NCBI RefSeq assembly: GCF_001194135.2
Contig: NC_068996.1
Coordinates: forward strand, 47,565,376-47,604,941
DNA from: Octopus bimaculoides
Lineage: Eukaryota
Length of the DNA: 39,566 bases
Direction of reading: 5' to 3'
Program-made: the position numbers and the translations under genes
Notes under the pieces: generated by a model
What the model saw: the letters and a program-made list of their open reading frames with translations, nothing else
Told to the model about the DNA's origin: nothing
Database searches by the model: none
In this document: piece after piece, positions 1-11,659 of the stretch
How the letters are laid out: the number at the start of each line of letters is the position of its first letter
How positions within the stretch are numbered: position 1 is the first letter of the stretch

Positions 1-23
1 AGTGGGCTTCTCAAAATATTTAT

Positions 24-27
<4 letters not shown>

Positions 28-68
<41 letters not shown>
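28..68. repeat. (TA)n microsatellite
   Basis: Uninterrupted TA run seen directly. Similar TA/CA/GA/GATA/ATT runs recur about every kb across the window. Confidence 0.95.
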
Positions 69-70
<2 letters not shown>

Positions 71-293
71 CATCAAGTTGCACGGTTAATCACTACATAA
101 TTTTTTCTCTCTCTGATTTTTTTCATTTTCTCTCTCTTTTTTTCCTCTTAACCATTTCTATCGAAGAGTATAGGCTTGAAATGAAATGTAAAAGACCTTT
201 CCATTCTTCCCAAGCATTAAACTAATACACCTGCTTGTTGTTCCTACATCTGTCTTCATCTTTTGTTTTCTGTAAATTTCAACTATATATATA

Positions 294-1179
294 CAGGGTG
301 TGGTGAATGAATTGTCCAAATTATGCAAAAATGAAAATATCACAGACATTTCATTTTAACTGATATATTTACCAAAATTACATAAAAATATCTTGAAATA
401 CTAAATAGCAAATTTATTCAATGAAATTACCATTGGCTTCAATACAGCTTCCAGACGACTTTGGAATTTCCTACAAACTCTTCTGGATGATCTCCTCATT
501 TAAGTTAGTGAATGCTGCCATAATCTTTGCCTTCAGTTCATCTTTGGTGTTACAAAGGAGTTTTGGTGGTCTCTCTCTCAACTGTGCTCCCCACATAATA
601 ACCAAGGGGTTGCAGTCTGGGCAGTTAGGTGACCAGCTGTTAAGGGTGATGTGGTCGCAGAAATTGTCTGACAACCATGACTGGGTTCTCATGCTTGTGT
701 AGCATAGTGCAGAGTCTTGTAGTCGGTGATAGGATCTTCCAGCAGCCACTCCCTTGACCCAAGGCAACACTACCTCCTCCAGGCACTTGATGTAGGCCTC
801 CGTGTTGAGTGTGAGTCCATGTGGGAAGATGACTGGAGGCACAACGTTGCCATCACTAGTAATCTCTTCAAATACCATGATGTTGATTGGTTGTTTGATT
901 TTTATCACTCTCGGTACATGTCCTCAGATTGCACTGTCCTCAGATTGACACCCAAACACTCTGAAATGTTTATATTGGAGCTTCTGGCATGAATGCCAAG
1001 CAGTACAGCATGTCATTTCCAAATTTCTGGCCTAGTGAATTGCATCATGATGCTGTTTTTCTCACAGATGTTGTCCAACGGACCCTACTATACCGTGTAG
1101 GTGACAAAATCAATACCAAACAATGCACGTGCACAAAATTAGAAATATAAAATGGCAACAATTTACCCATCGCAGCCTA
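294..1179 (-). mobile_element. Internally deleted Tc1/mariner DNA transposon, DD37D (maT-like) family
   Basis: TA at both ends (292-293, 1180-1181). Degenerate ~24-bp TIRs: CAGGGTGTGGTGAATGAATTGT versus ACAATTTACCCATCGCAGCCTA, 17/24 matches, mostly transitions. Minus strand encodes an HTH fragment (HAVLLGIHARSSNINISECLGVNLRTVQ, ~1005-930) and a catalytic half (QDSALCYTS...WSPNCPDCNPL) with 37 residues after the second D. Confidence 0.8.
471..1010 (-). pseudogene. Mariner/maT transposase remnant
   Basis: ORF 471-908 matches the transposase C-terminal half (GLTLNTEAYIKCLEEVVLPW, QD-x37, WxPNxPDxNPL). Stop, frameshift and large internal deletion. Confidence 0.85.
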
Positions 1180-1724
1180 TATGTATATATCTGTATATAT
1201 AAAACAGAATTTGTGTGTGTGAGTGTATGTATATATTCCTTATGCATTCGAAAACTTAGTTCCCCATTATGACGTATGGGGTATCAAAAGATTCAGTAAT
1301 CTTTCAGCTACTAAATAAACTTTATTTTCATTTGCATTACAAAAGTTTAACATTATAATCTTTCTATAAGTCAACTATCATAAATGACATTTTATACCAC
1401 GACGATGACGATGTCACATCTATATCTATATATTAGCAGTTGTCTGTGTATAATGCCAATGAGGGAGTGAGAAAGAAACAGAGAAGCAAATTGAGGAAGT
1501 GGCTCTTTACTTCTCTTCATTTGTCACATTTTCAATAGAGGGAGAAATGTAAATAGTGAGTGTGAGCGAGTTAGAAAGAGAGAGAGAGAGAGAGAGAGAG
1601 AGTGAAAGAAACAGACATAGACTAAAAGAGAGGAACTATTACAGGGGAAACACAGAATGAGAAAAAGACAGAGGGAAGAGAGAAAGAAAGAGAGAGAGAA
1701 AACAAGTTTCTATAGGAGAAGTTG

Positions 1725-1925
1725 AAAGAGAGAGAGATAGCAGGAGAGAGAGAGAGAGAGATAGCAGGAGAGAGAGAGAGAGGGATAGCAGGAGAGAGAG
1801 AGGGATAGCAGGAGAGAGAGAGAGATAGCAGGAGAGAGAGAGGGATAGCAGGAGAGGGAGGGATAGCAGGAGAGAGAGAGAGAGATATAGCAGGAGAGGG
1901 AGGGATAGCAGGAGAGAGAGAGGGA
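1725..1925. repeat. GA-rich minisatellite, unit (GA)n-GATAGCAG, about 9 copies of 19-25 bp
   Basis: Recurring GATAGCAGGAGAG core separated by variable GA runs. Confidence 0.9.
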
Positions 1926-2639
1926 GAAATGCTGATGTTTCATAGCATATGTTCTATAGGTGAAAGTGAAAGAAAGCCAGTACAAAGAGACAGGGAAAGC
2001 GGGAGAGAAAGAGACGCTAATGTTCAATACTGTATGTATATGTGTGTGTGTGCACGCATGTGCATGTGGCATTCCACAATTGCCATTTTTTCAATCAATC
2101 TTGGGAAGATATTCACATAGCTTTCACTCAATTTTTCATTTAATTCCCATTTTCATTTTCAAAAAAGTTTCTGAGAAAAATGTTCTCACTCTCTATAAGA
2201 GGAGACAGGGTAGATGTAGATGTTCAGTATTCTACAGGGAAGCAAATACGAGTACAGGTAGCCAGAGTAAGGTCACTAGAGAACCCTGCACGACAACAGC
2301 AAAGACATGAAAATGACCGAAGGAGAGCTGCTGCATGTGGTACTAATTAGTCACAAGAGGCATGGAAAAAAATGGTTGGAACAATTGCATCAACAAAATG
2401 CAATCCTCAAGAGCCAAGGGTCAGAAAAGCAAAGAGAAAAACGTTAAAAGGATGCAAAAGATACCAGAGTTGTCAATGAGACAATCGGTCAGTGAGAGAT
2501 GAGACAAAGAAAAAACCGGAAACACAATTATTGCATGACTTTGTCAATCCTCAAAGGAATGATGTAAGCATCATCATCAAGACAGGCTGAATACATTTGA
2601 CAAAAGAGTTGCCCCTTTTAAGGGGACTCGGAAAAGATC

Positions 2640-3889
2640 ATCTTTCAACTATGATCCAAAACATTGATTAGTCTACAGAGATTGATATAGGAGCAATGTC
2701 ACAAGAGTGCAGTTTTTGTAAAGGAAAGAAATGGGAAAGAGAAACCACCACTATATGTTGTGGTGGAGGTATGGTTGTTTTACCGATGTTTGGTACATCC
2801 ACAGATACTTTGAAGGCATTGTTTTTGGGAAACACACCAAGGAGCATGCACTTCTTGAAAAACAGAAATTATAATTCTGCTTTCCAAATTACCTCCTTTG
2901 GTAGCAATATTATAAGAGAAAAACATAAGAGGCAACCTACAGGAGGAGTTACATTAGTTTTATCAAGAGACTTCAGACAGACATTACCAGACATTCCAAG
3001 AAGAACAAGATCTGATGAAATAAAAGCATGCATTAAGTCTTCACACCTATGGAATAAAGTACAGAAATTCTCCTTCAGTACTAACATGCAAGCTTTATTA
3101 CATGGGGATCAAAATGCAGAACAGTTTTCAACCTGGCTCCTCTAATTAGGAAATGAGAAAGTACCACTTGACGGGATGGTGAAATCAATTTGGCTCATAT
3201 TGCTACCATGATGAATTCTTCAGCTGAATTGAAGAACAGGGTATTGCCAGACTTAAGTAATAATTATAATTTCCATAAATGGTTGAGTGAGAGGGCAATT
3301 CTTGCTCCACAAAATGAGACAGTTGCAAGAATAAACCATGAATTAATGAGTAAGATTCCAACAGTCATTAAGGAGTACAAATCAGTTGCTTCAGTCCTTG
3401 ATGAAGATCAGGCTGTTCATTACTCAACAGAGTTCCTTAATTCTCTTGAACCACCTGGAACTCCATCACATAAACTTTTTCTGAAGGTAGGAGTCCTAAT
3501 AATGCTTCTAAGGAATTTAGATCCTCCTAAATCATGCAATGGGACAAGGTTAACTGTGAAGACATTATCACCTAATGTGATACAAGCTACCATCATCACT
3601 GGATGTGCCTCTGGGGAAGAGGTTTTCATTCCAATAATTCCAGTCAAACCAACAGACTATGTGAGTTCAAGCAAACACAATTCCTAGTGTGATACAGCTT
3701 CTCAATGTCCATTAATAAAGCTTATAGTCAGACTTTGAAATCTATTGGCTTGCACTTAATTGAGCCTTGCTTTCCTCATGGTCAACTTTATGTTGGTTGC
3801 TCCAGGGTTGGTAGTTTGCAAGACTTATTTGTCTATGCTCCAAACCAGAAATAATAAAAAATGTTGTTTATCCAGAAGCTCTTACATAA
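2640..3889 (+). pseudogene. Helitron RepHel remnant: Rep N-terminal Cys region fused to PIF1-family helicase C-terminal half
   Basis: CSFCKGKKWERE...CCGGG...NYNSAFQITSFG (Helitron N-terminal region); GGVTLVLSRDFRQTLP (helicase motif III); ERAILAP, LLRNLDPPKSCNGTRL, SINKAYSQT, HGQLYVGCSRVG, NVVYPEALT* (PIF1 motifs IV-VI). Several stops and frameshifts. Confidence 0.92.
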
Positions 3890-4086
3890 TTTCCTTCAAC
3901 ATATGTGATAGAATTTATCTCCCTTCATAAAAGTGGTAAATTTTGTATTTTGAATTCAGAATTGATTTCCCAGTTGAAGAATAAATTGAATTTAGAATAA
4001 CAAATTTCTATGCAACATATTTTCCTTTTTTCTTCTAATATAAAAGGAACAATTTCATTCCCAGACAATGCTGGATGCCTTTGCTA

Positions 4087-4087
<1 letters not shown>

Positions 4088-4143
<56 letters not shown>
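4088..4143. repeat. (TA)n microsatellite at the Helitron 3' junction
   Basis: Seen directly. Confidence 0.95.
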
Positions 4144-4145
<2 letters not shown>

Positions 4146-4917
4146 TATGTGTGTGTATATGCACATATGTGTGGGTGTGTCTATGTGTATAGATATGTAT
4201 GTAAAAACATGAACAAGAGTGGAGAAGATCACATCTTTATTTGATGCTTTAATCATACGTTACCGACAGTCGTTACTATCATGCCAGCATATTTAGATAT
4301 AGCAAAAATATACAAAATACCAGTCAAACCAATATATCCAAAAGTTCATGTTAACACAACATAACCCAAAACAGATGAAATTCAGTGCAAACTGTATTAA
4401 TGTATGTACGTATGTATGTATGCAATAGACACGAATGTATGTATACATAGACGTGAATATATATCGGCACAAGTCAAAGTTTGTCTACTACTGTCAGCTT
4501 GAGTAGGCTGAAATTTATCCTGAGTTCTTTGTTTAAGAGACTGAAAGCTCAAGATGTGCCCTTGAATGGAGCACCAGTTCTTTGCAGTTAGCTATAATAC
4601 CTAGCTTCTGCTAGTACTCATATCATGCTGAGTAGAACCAGCAAGATGATGGGTCTGAGTGTTATTTGTGCACATGAAATGCCGTTGAAATCCTCACATT
4701 TGATAATCAGTACTTATTAAATAAACGAGATGAAATACTTATCAAATGTAAACACAGAATGAAGTGATTAATCTGTAATTACATCATGAATGATTAATAA
4801 TTCATTAATCATTAATAGAGCTAACAAATCTTTGATGATTCATTGTAAAGAGGAAACCTATTTACTTTTATGAAATAGGTTACTTGCTTGCTATAAAGAA
4901 AATGACCAGTATGTATG

Positions 4918-4949
<32 letters not shown>

Positions 4950-5104
4950 TATATAAACTCTCTCCTTTTACCAAGCGTCAAACTAATATAATTCTTGTGT
5001 ATGTCCACACGTTTGTTTTTCTCTTTTTGTATTTTCTTTCTTTGTTCATTGAACAGACTATATATATATACATATCGAGATAAATATATTTATAATTATT
5101 TCTG

Positions 5105-5321
5105 TATTGCCCACAGAGGGCTAAAAATCGACGGGACAAACAAGGACAGACAAAGGGATTAGGTCGATTACCCCATTGTGTAAGTGATACTTATTTAATT
5201 GACCCCAAAAGGACGAAAGGCAAAGTCAACCTCAGCAGAATTTGAACTCGGAACGCAACAGTAGATGAAATACCAGTAAGCATTTCACTCTGTATGCTAA
5301 CAATGCTGCCAGCTCACTGCC
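5105..5321 (-). mobile_element. tRNA-derived SINE, family A
   Basis: Reverse complement reads GGCAGTGAGCTGGCAG...GAGTTCAAATTC (A/B-box-like) plus the body shared with the 7593 copy. Confidence 0.85.
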
Positions 5322-6019
5322 CTGTCGAGATAAATATATTGAGACACACACACGTGCATTTGATAGTTGGCAGAGAGATCGTTTCAACTGGCTGGCATTT
5401 GGCAATGATTTGCCAGTAAAAACAATCATTGTACTATCTTTTAAACTTTACACTAGTTTCACACATAGAATAATAAAGTCGAAAGTAGTTCACAAAGACT
5501 GAACCAAATTCAATAAAAATGATAGACTACACACAAACACATGCAAGAATTTTTTCTTTTTAATTGAATCTCAAAGTGCATATAAAGCTATAAAGCACAT
5601 AAATATAGCATTGAAAAACCCTTTTGGATAGAAAAAAAATCAAAGGTTGCCCATGAGACACAAACCCACGTACATGATGTCAAGATATATATTATTTAAT
5701 AGAAGCATTTGCACAGCAATATTCTAAGTAGTAGCTTATCGCTATTTACAGTATATTCTGACCCAGACAGAACTAAACTGCTGTCTTACTCTATTTTTAT
5801 GTAGTCAAGAATGAGAAAATCGATCTTTGAAGAGGTATTATCAATAAATACTTAAACTAGTCAAATCAAATATATTTTCTGTCCACAGAGAGAGAAATCA
5901 GTGGTTTAATGATGGAAAATATCTACTTTCCATATCAAGTCTAAATGTATAGGCATTTCTGTAAACAGCATGTGTTTACTAGCAACATCCTACATTGCAA
6001 GTTTATTTTATATTTCTAC

Positions 6020-6197
6020 ACAGATGCAGCTGGAGAGGTCACCATTCCTAATGGTCTTTGTGCCAGTGGACCTCAACCTCTGAACTTGAGAGAGACAGAG
6101 TGTCTCGGTGCCATTCTCACTATAATATTTCAATCCTCAGTTCTTTGTCTTGTACACCTATGTTGCAACACAATAGTCTTTCTTGGATTTGAGAATC
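6020..6197 (-). pseudogene. Possible LTR-retrotransposon gag remnant
   Basis: DSQIQERLLCCNIGVQDKELRIEIL resembles the recalled Gypsy gag motif DxxIRDRxxxGIxDxxLRxxLL. Broken by a stop and frameshift; recognised by eye only. Confidence 0.3.
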
Positions 6198-6398
6198 TAC
6201 CAACACACTGATTCACATACAGACACATACTTGCATTAAACTTTGTAGGAAATTTAACCTTTTGATATCACCCTGTATAAAACTACCCATTTTAGAGTGC
6301 AATAGATTTAAAACCTTCCATGAAAACTTCATGTTAATTTGTATTTCAAACATCAGTTTTAATAAAGAAAACTTTTTACTAAATTCTTCATTATTTTA

Positions 6399-6745
6399 GG
6401 CATGTCTGTGAGGTAAGAAGCTTGCTTCCCAGCCACATAATTCCAGAGTCGGTCCCACTGTGTGACACCTTGGGCAAGTATCTTCTAATATAGTCTTGAG
6501 GTGACCAAAGGTTTGTTAGTGAATTTGGTAAATGGAAACTGAAAGAAGCCTGTTGTATATATATGTATGCATGTAAGTATGTATGTGTGTGTGTACGTGT
6601 ACATACGTACGTATGTTTCCATGCATGTACGTATGTATCTATGGGATGTATCTTTGTGTCATCGTTTGTTCCCCCACCACTGCTTGACAACCAGTGCTGG
6701 TATGTTTATGTTCCCACAACTTTGGTAAAAGAGACCAATAAACAT
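6399..6745 (+). mobile_element. SINE family B (tRNA-like head, CCTTGGGCAAGT core-like segment, internal TA/CA microsatellite)
   Basis: Clear similarity to the near-complete copy at 35502-35988. Confidence 0.85.
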
Positions 6746-7024
6746 AAATAAATCTTGGAATTAAATGATTTTGATTTACTGTCAGGTGACTTTTGGCCAA
6801 ACCTATATATATATGCGTGTGTGTGTGTGTGTGTGTGTGTGCGTGTGTAAAATACATTTACCACAGCTTAAAACTTTTATGTCAACTACATTGTAATTAT
6901 CGTAGTAACTAGCTGAAATCTATTTATACTTATTAATTATAAAGTAATTCTAGATTCATTAAATAGAACTGATAATTAGAATAAAGCTGCCTTGAATGAA
7001 AGTAAATATGAAGATTGAATATGC

Positions 7025-7235
7025 ACAGCCAAGGCTGTGTGATTAAGACGGTCACTTTGAAACAACAGGGTTCCAGGTTCAGTTCCATAGCATGGTACTA
7101 CGGGTAAATGTCTTCTAATATAGCCTTAGATCAAGTAATACCTTCTGGGTGAATTTGATTGGCAGAAACTGTGTGGAAGCCTCTTGTGTGTGTGAGAGAG
7201 AAAGTGTGTGTGGATAGATAGATAGAAAGAGATAG

Positions 7236-7270
<35 letters not shown>

Positions 7271-7390
7271 GATGGATAGATAGATAGAGAGACAGACAGA
7301 CGGATGGGTGTGTGTGAGTAAATTTGTGTGTCTTGTCTTGACGTTGAGTGATTGTTGTAAATACATGTCACAGTCACACAAGTAGTGTTA
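7025..7390 (+). mobile_element. Degenerate SINE family B copy with (GATA)n expansion
   Basis: GGCTGTGTGATTAAG...GGTTCAGTTCC head and family B body. Confidence 0.7.
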
Positions 7391-7592
7391 TTTGTTTTGA
7401 TTGATTTGTTATAACATGTCTGGCTATAAAGAAATATTACATAGCTTGGGAACAGAATAAGTGTTGATGACAGTAAGGGTGTCAGGCTGTAGAAAATTTA
7501 CCTCAACAATATTCCATCTGACCCAAGTAAGCATTTTCCTTGGATAATGGAATTGCAACTGTAACATCCTACATATATTTTCACTTTTATAA

Positions 7593-7810
7593 GGCGGCGA
7601 GCTGGCAGAATCGTTAGCACGCCAAGCAAAATGCTTAGCGGTATTTGACTGCCGTTACGTTCTGAGTTCAAATTCCGCCGAGGTTGACTTTGCCTTTCAT
7701 CCTTTGGGGGTCGATTAAATAAGTACCAATTGCACACTGGGGTCAATGTAATCGACTTAATCCCTTGTTTGTCCCCTCTATGTTTAGCCCCTTGTGGGCA
7801 ATAAAGAAAT
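7593..7810 (+). mobile_element. tRNA-derived SINE family A, well preserved
   Basis: GGCGGCGAGCTGGCAGAATCGTTAGC...CTGAGTTCAAATTCCGCCGAGG head; six related copies in the window. Confidence 0.9.
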
Positions 7811-7932
7811 ATATATTTTTACTTTCATTTTTGTTCCCTTATTTCCTTTTTCTACTTCCTATATCCATCCTTTCCAAAAATAACTTCTTATATTAAACTC
7901 TACTATTTCCATCTAGTTAACTCTCTCGTATT

Positions 7933-7987
7933 GTCTCTGATGAAGGGATATCCCTCATATCTCATATCCCTGAAACAGCTGTAAGAC
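7933..7987 (+). ncRNA. Type I hammerhead ribozyme motif, minimal Penelope-type
   Basis: Stem I GTCT/AGAC; core CTGATGA (7937-7943); stem II AGGGATAT/ATATCCCT; GAAA (7972-7975); palindromic stem III CAGCTG; GUA cleavage triplet (after 7983). Confidence 0.85.
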
Positions 7988-8050
7988 TACCGTTCTCTTT
8001 ATAAATGTCCTATAAATTCCACACAGCCTTGGTTTTGTTGTCTCATTTTA

Positions 8051-8055
<5 letters not shown>

Positions 8056-8130
<75 letters not shown>
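8056..8130. repeat. Compound (TA)n(GA)n microsatellite
   Basis: Seen directly. Confidence 0.95.
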
Positions 8131-8132
<2 letters not shown>

Positions 8133-8469
8133 ACATGGGCGTTCATTTGGTACTCCTCTATTTCGTCTGTTACATATGCTTCAGTATTAAGCAACACATG
8201 ATGTCACTCTGTAGAATCAGTCAACATGTAGAGTTAGCATGGTGGACAAACATCATCATCAGACAGTAATATGGAGAATTATAGTTGTTCTGTTTGTATT
8301 AAATCACAGCCCACCCTTAGATACAGATACGGATGTGTGTACAAGCAAAGGTGGGTGTTTAAAATGATTAATGTTAGAGCTGACAACTGAATGATCTAAT
8401 TGCCATGTGTCAGGCACATTCAATCACACCTACATATATAATACATTATGTGTATATATATATATACAT

Positions 8470-8677
8470 TCTTTTACTTGTTTCAGTCATTTGACTGCAG
8501 CCATGCTGGAGCACCACCTTTAGTCAAACAAATCGGCCCCAGCCCTTCTTCTTTGTTAGCCTAGTACTTATTTTATCGGTACGTTTTGCTGAACCACTAA
8601 GTTACAGGGACTTAAATACACCAACATCAGTTGTCAAGCAATGGTGGAGGGACAAACTCAGACACAGAAATACAAAA

Positions 8678-8722
<45 letters not shown>

Positions 8723-8880
8723 CGATGGGCTTCTTTCAGTTTCCATCTACCAAATCCACTCACAAGGCTTTGGCTGGCCCAAGGCTGTAGTAGAAGACAC
8801 TTGCCCAAGATGAGCATGCAGTGGGACTGAACCCTAATCATGTGGGTGGGAAGCAAGCTTCCTACCACACAGCCACTCCT
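8470..8880 (-). mobile_element. SINE family B
   Basis: Tail CTTTTACTTGTTTCAGTCATTTGAC at the left, head CACACAGCCACTCCT at the right. Confidence 0.9.
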
Positions 8881-9112
8881 GTATGTATATGTGTGTGTGT
8901 GTATCTCCTGCGTGTATATGTGTATGTTTGTACCTTGCAATGCCTAACAACCAGCATCTGTTTATGTCCCTGTAACCTATAGGTTCAGCAAAAGAGATTG
9001 ATAGAGTATATAGCATATATAAAAGAAACATAAGTACTGAAGTTGATTTGTCCATCTAAAACCCTTCAAGGTGGTGCCATCACATGGCTGCAACCCAATG
9101 AGTAGAACAAGG
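8881..9112 (+). mobile_element. SINE family B, 3' half, inverted relative to the adjacent copy
   Basis: TTTATGTCCCTGTAAC...GGTGGTGCC...CATGGCTGCA body and tail. Confidence 0.7.
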
Positions 9113-9739
9113 AGAAAAATATTTCAATTCTGTTCATAATAAGATCTAATGAATATCGTAAGCCAAAGAATGGTGTGTCAGGATATTTAGAAAGAAAATG
9201 GAATGAAATTTTGGCTTAATAAATAATCAAGTATAGTGAGAGAGAAACAGCTACTTAAAACAGGAGAATTAAACATTTTCTTACAGCTTGAAAATGGAAA
9301 TGATAAATTATGACAAAATAATTAGTTGGATAATGGGCTTATAAAGTAAGATGAAAAGGTAATAACCAGTACAAGAAAACTTGAAAATAAGATTAGTTTG
9401 TGATAAGCATAGATGAAAACAATAATGAAGTTTATTGTGTGCTTAGTGATAAATTGCTTCAATCCAATTTATGTTCATTTGTCTTGAATAGCAGTATAAT
9501 TCTATGAAAGATGCCAATCAAATATTGGTATCTGTGTAAATGATGACAGTATAACACACTTACTTAGAAAAGAACCCCTATCCCACCCCTGCAAACATGG
9601 TAAATTGGTAAATTTTTTCTTATTTTAGAAAATTAGATTAAAAGTAAATTATCTTGTATGATTCTAGCAAAGATGGTAAAATAAACATTATATTGATATA
9701 TATATATTATCATTATCATTATTATTATTACTATTAATA

Positions 9740-10305
9740 TTATTATTATTGAGTGAGAGAGCAGTGCATGCCATCAAAGTGACACTGGGTTACAAATATA
9801 CAAAGCCCGTTATACCCATCATGACTACCCGTCTGATAAGGGTACACCAGGCACATGCATCACAACCATATGTGCGCGACATAGTGATCTCATATCAAGA
9901 TAAACAGCGCATGACCTCGCAGGTGGGGCCCAGTTAGAATTTTCTTCAAGTCGAGTAGCCCATCCCGCTCAAAAGGTCCCTGAATAAAGGTCGTTTAAGG
10001 ATGTTGAGCAAAACACCTATCTTTCCGAAGGTGAATTATCCAAACCCCAAAGAATTCCTCTCAACACATAGCTATGATGATCCCCCACTACTGCTCATGA
10101 TCAGAGATGCACATATCGTCAGCCACCAAGGGACATGCTCAACTGGTTAAGGTCAAACAACTGACAAGCAAATCTGTGGTATTGAGCAGAATATTTGCTG
10201 TAGCCCATCTTTTTATAGCAAGACAAAACAATGTACATGATAACACTTCCAATCAACTAAGATCAGAAGCCATGAGAGCCACTGCCTGGTACTGCATCAG
10301 GGCAT
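9740..10305 (-). mobile_element. About 560-bp interspersed repeat (family F) embedded in (ATT)n/(AAT)n
   Basis: Closely similar inverted copy at 12298-12715; both are flanked by trinucleotide runs. Strand is inferred from the (AAT)n tail. Confidence 0.8.
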
Positions 10306-10366
<61 letters not shown>

Positions 10367-10390
10367 TATTAAAGTGGCAAGTTTTGGTAT

Positions 10391-10785
10391 TCTTTTATTT
10401 TTTTACTTGTTTCAGTCATTTGACTGTGGCCATGCTGGAGCACCGCCTTTTAGTCAAGCAAATCAACCCCAGGACTTATTCTTTGAAAGTCTAGCACTTA
10501 TTCTATCAGCCTCTTTTGCCAAACCACTAAGTTACTGGGATGTAAACCCACCAGCATCAGTTTCAAGTGATGTTTGGGGGACAAAGAAGCCTGTCATATA
10601 TATATATATATATATATATATACGACAGGCTTCCTTCAGTTTCCATCTACCAAATCCACTCACAAGGCTTTGGTTGGCCTGAAGCTATAGTGGAAGACAC
10701 TTACCCAAAGTGCCACGCAGTGGGACTGAACTTGGAACAATGTGGTTGGTAAGCAAGCTGCTTACTGCACAGCCACTCCTGCACC
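10391..10785 (-). mobile_element. SINE family B
   Basis: Same tail, body and head as 8470-8880. Confidence 0.9.
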
Positions 10786-10814
10786 TATGATGACTTATGT
10801 AATTATGTCAAGTG

Positions 10815-11090
10815 AAAGTGCATGGCTTAGATGTTAGAATATTTGGTTCATGATCTTAAGGTTGTGAGTTCAATTCCCGGTCTACCCAGCTGGTAAAAAT
10901 GAGTTGTACCTCTAAATGAAAGGGGACCAGCCTTGTCACATTCTGTGTCATGCTGAAACTCCCTGACAACTACGTTAAGGGTATGCATGTCTGTGGAGTA
11001 CTCAGCCACTTAAACATCAATTTCATGAGCAGGCTGTTCTATTGGTCGGATCAACTGGAACCCTTATTGTTGTAACCAATGAAGTGTTAA
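10815..11090 (+). mobile_element. tRNA-derived SINE, family D
   Basis: GCATGGCTTAG...GTGAGTTCAATTCCCGG A/B-box-like head followed by a distinct body. Confidence 0.7.
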
Positions 11091-11569
11091 AATTATGTCA
11101 AAAATGTTGTCATATTTAGGACAACACCAGCAAACATATGAGATTATCAGTTGAGATTATCTTATGGTTTGCTCTTACTCATGGGCAAGCATTGTAAAGT
11201 GGAAATTAAATGATGATTTTTGTAATTGATTCAGTATAGAAAAAAAAAATAAAATAAACAGAAAATTTCTGTAATTTCTCCTTTGAAATTACCTCCTCAT
11301 CTGTTGCACTCATACTAAAAACAAAACAAAAGAACTAAAAGGATAACAAAAAAAAAACCCCTATGTTTATAGATGGATTAGCAGAATTGTCAGTTTTGCA
11401 AAAAAACTGCCTTGCAGTATTTACTCTGGTTCTTAACATTCTTAATGCAAATCCAGTCTAAATCAACTTTGCCTTTGACATGTGATTTTGCAACAAACAG
11501 CTCAATAGTCATGGAATATTTATTTATTTATTTATTTATTATTCTTTTTTTTTGCAAAATCTGTTTCAG

Positions 11570-11659
11570 GGTCTGCTAAATTCTTATAAGTCAATTACTG
11601 GCATCAATAAGAATGGATGATAACAGCGTGCAAAGAAAATTGTATTGTTGATGAAATTG
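11570..11659 (+). other. Candidate 90-bp exon of unknown gene (stop- or start-containing, or non-coding)
   Basis: Strong acceptor tctttttttttgcaaaatctgtttcAG and donor G|GTAAGA in unique sequence. All three frames contain stops. Confidence 0.3.

Larger units (their letters stand above)
1190..4087 (+). mobile_element. Non-autonomous, internally deleted Helitron
   Basis: 3' end is clear: CCAG-acaatg-CTGG hairpin (4061-4074), then CTAG (4084-4087) followed by T. Candidate 5' end A|TCTGTATATATAAAAC at 1190 is less certain. RepHel remnants lie inside. Confidence 0.7.

Noticed and set aside
1710-2310. ORFs rich in SL/ER/CV/HT repeats, and similar ORFs at 4035, 18014, 20569-21165, 31135-31465 and 32754-33105
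   Set aside because: Translations of dinucleotide and tetranucleotide microsatellites.
4605-4646. Small imperfect hairpin (TACTCA/TGAGTA core)
   Set aside because: Too short and bulged to distinguish from chance.
6024-6211. Plus-strand exon after a strong acceptor (DAAGEVTIPNG...)
   Set aside because: No usable donor and no recognisable protein; the minus strand fits a gag remnant slightly better.
10107-10752. 191-aa ORF and recurring peptides such as ASFSFHLPNPLTRLW and GFGRPEAIVEDTCP
   Set aside because: They derive from family F, (ATT)n and SINE B; the same peptides recur at every SINE B copy.
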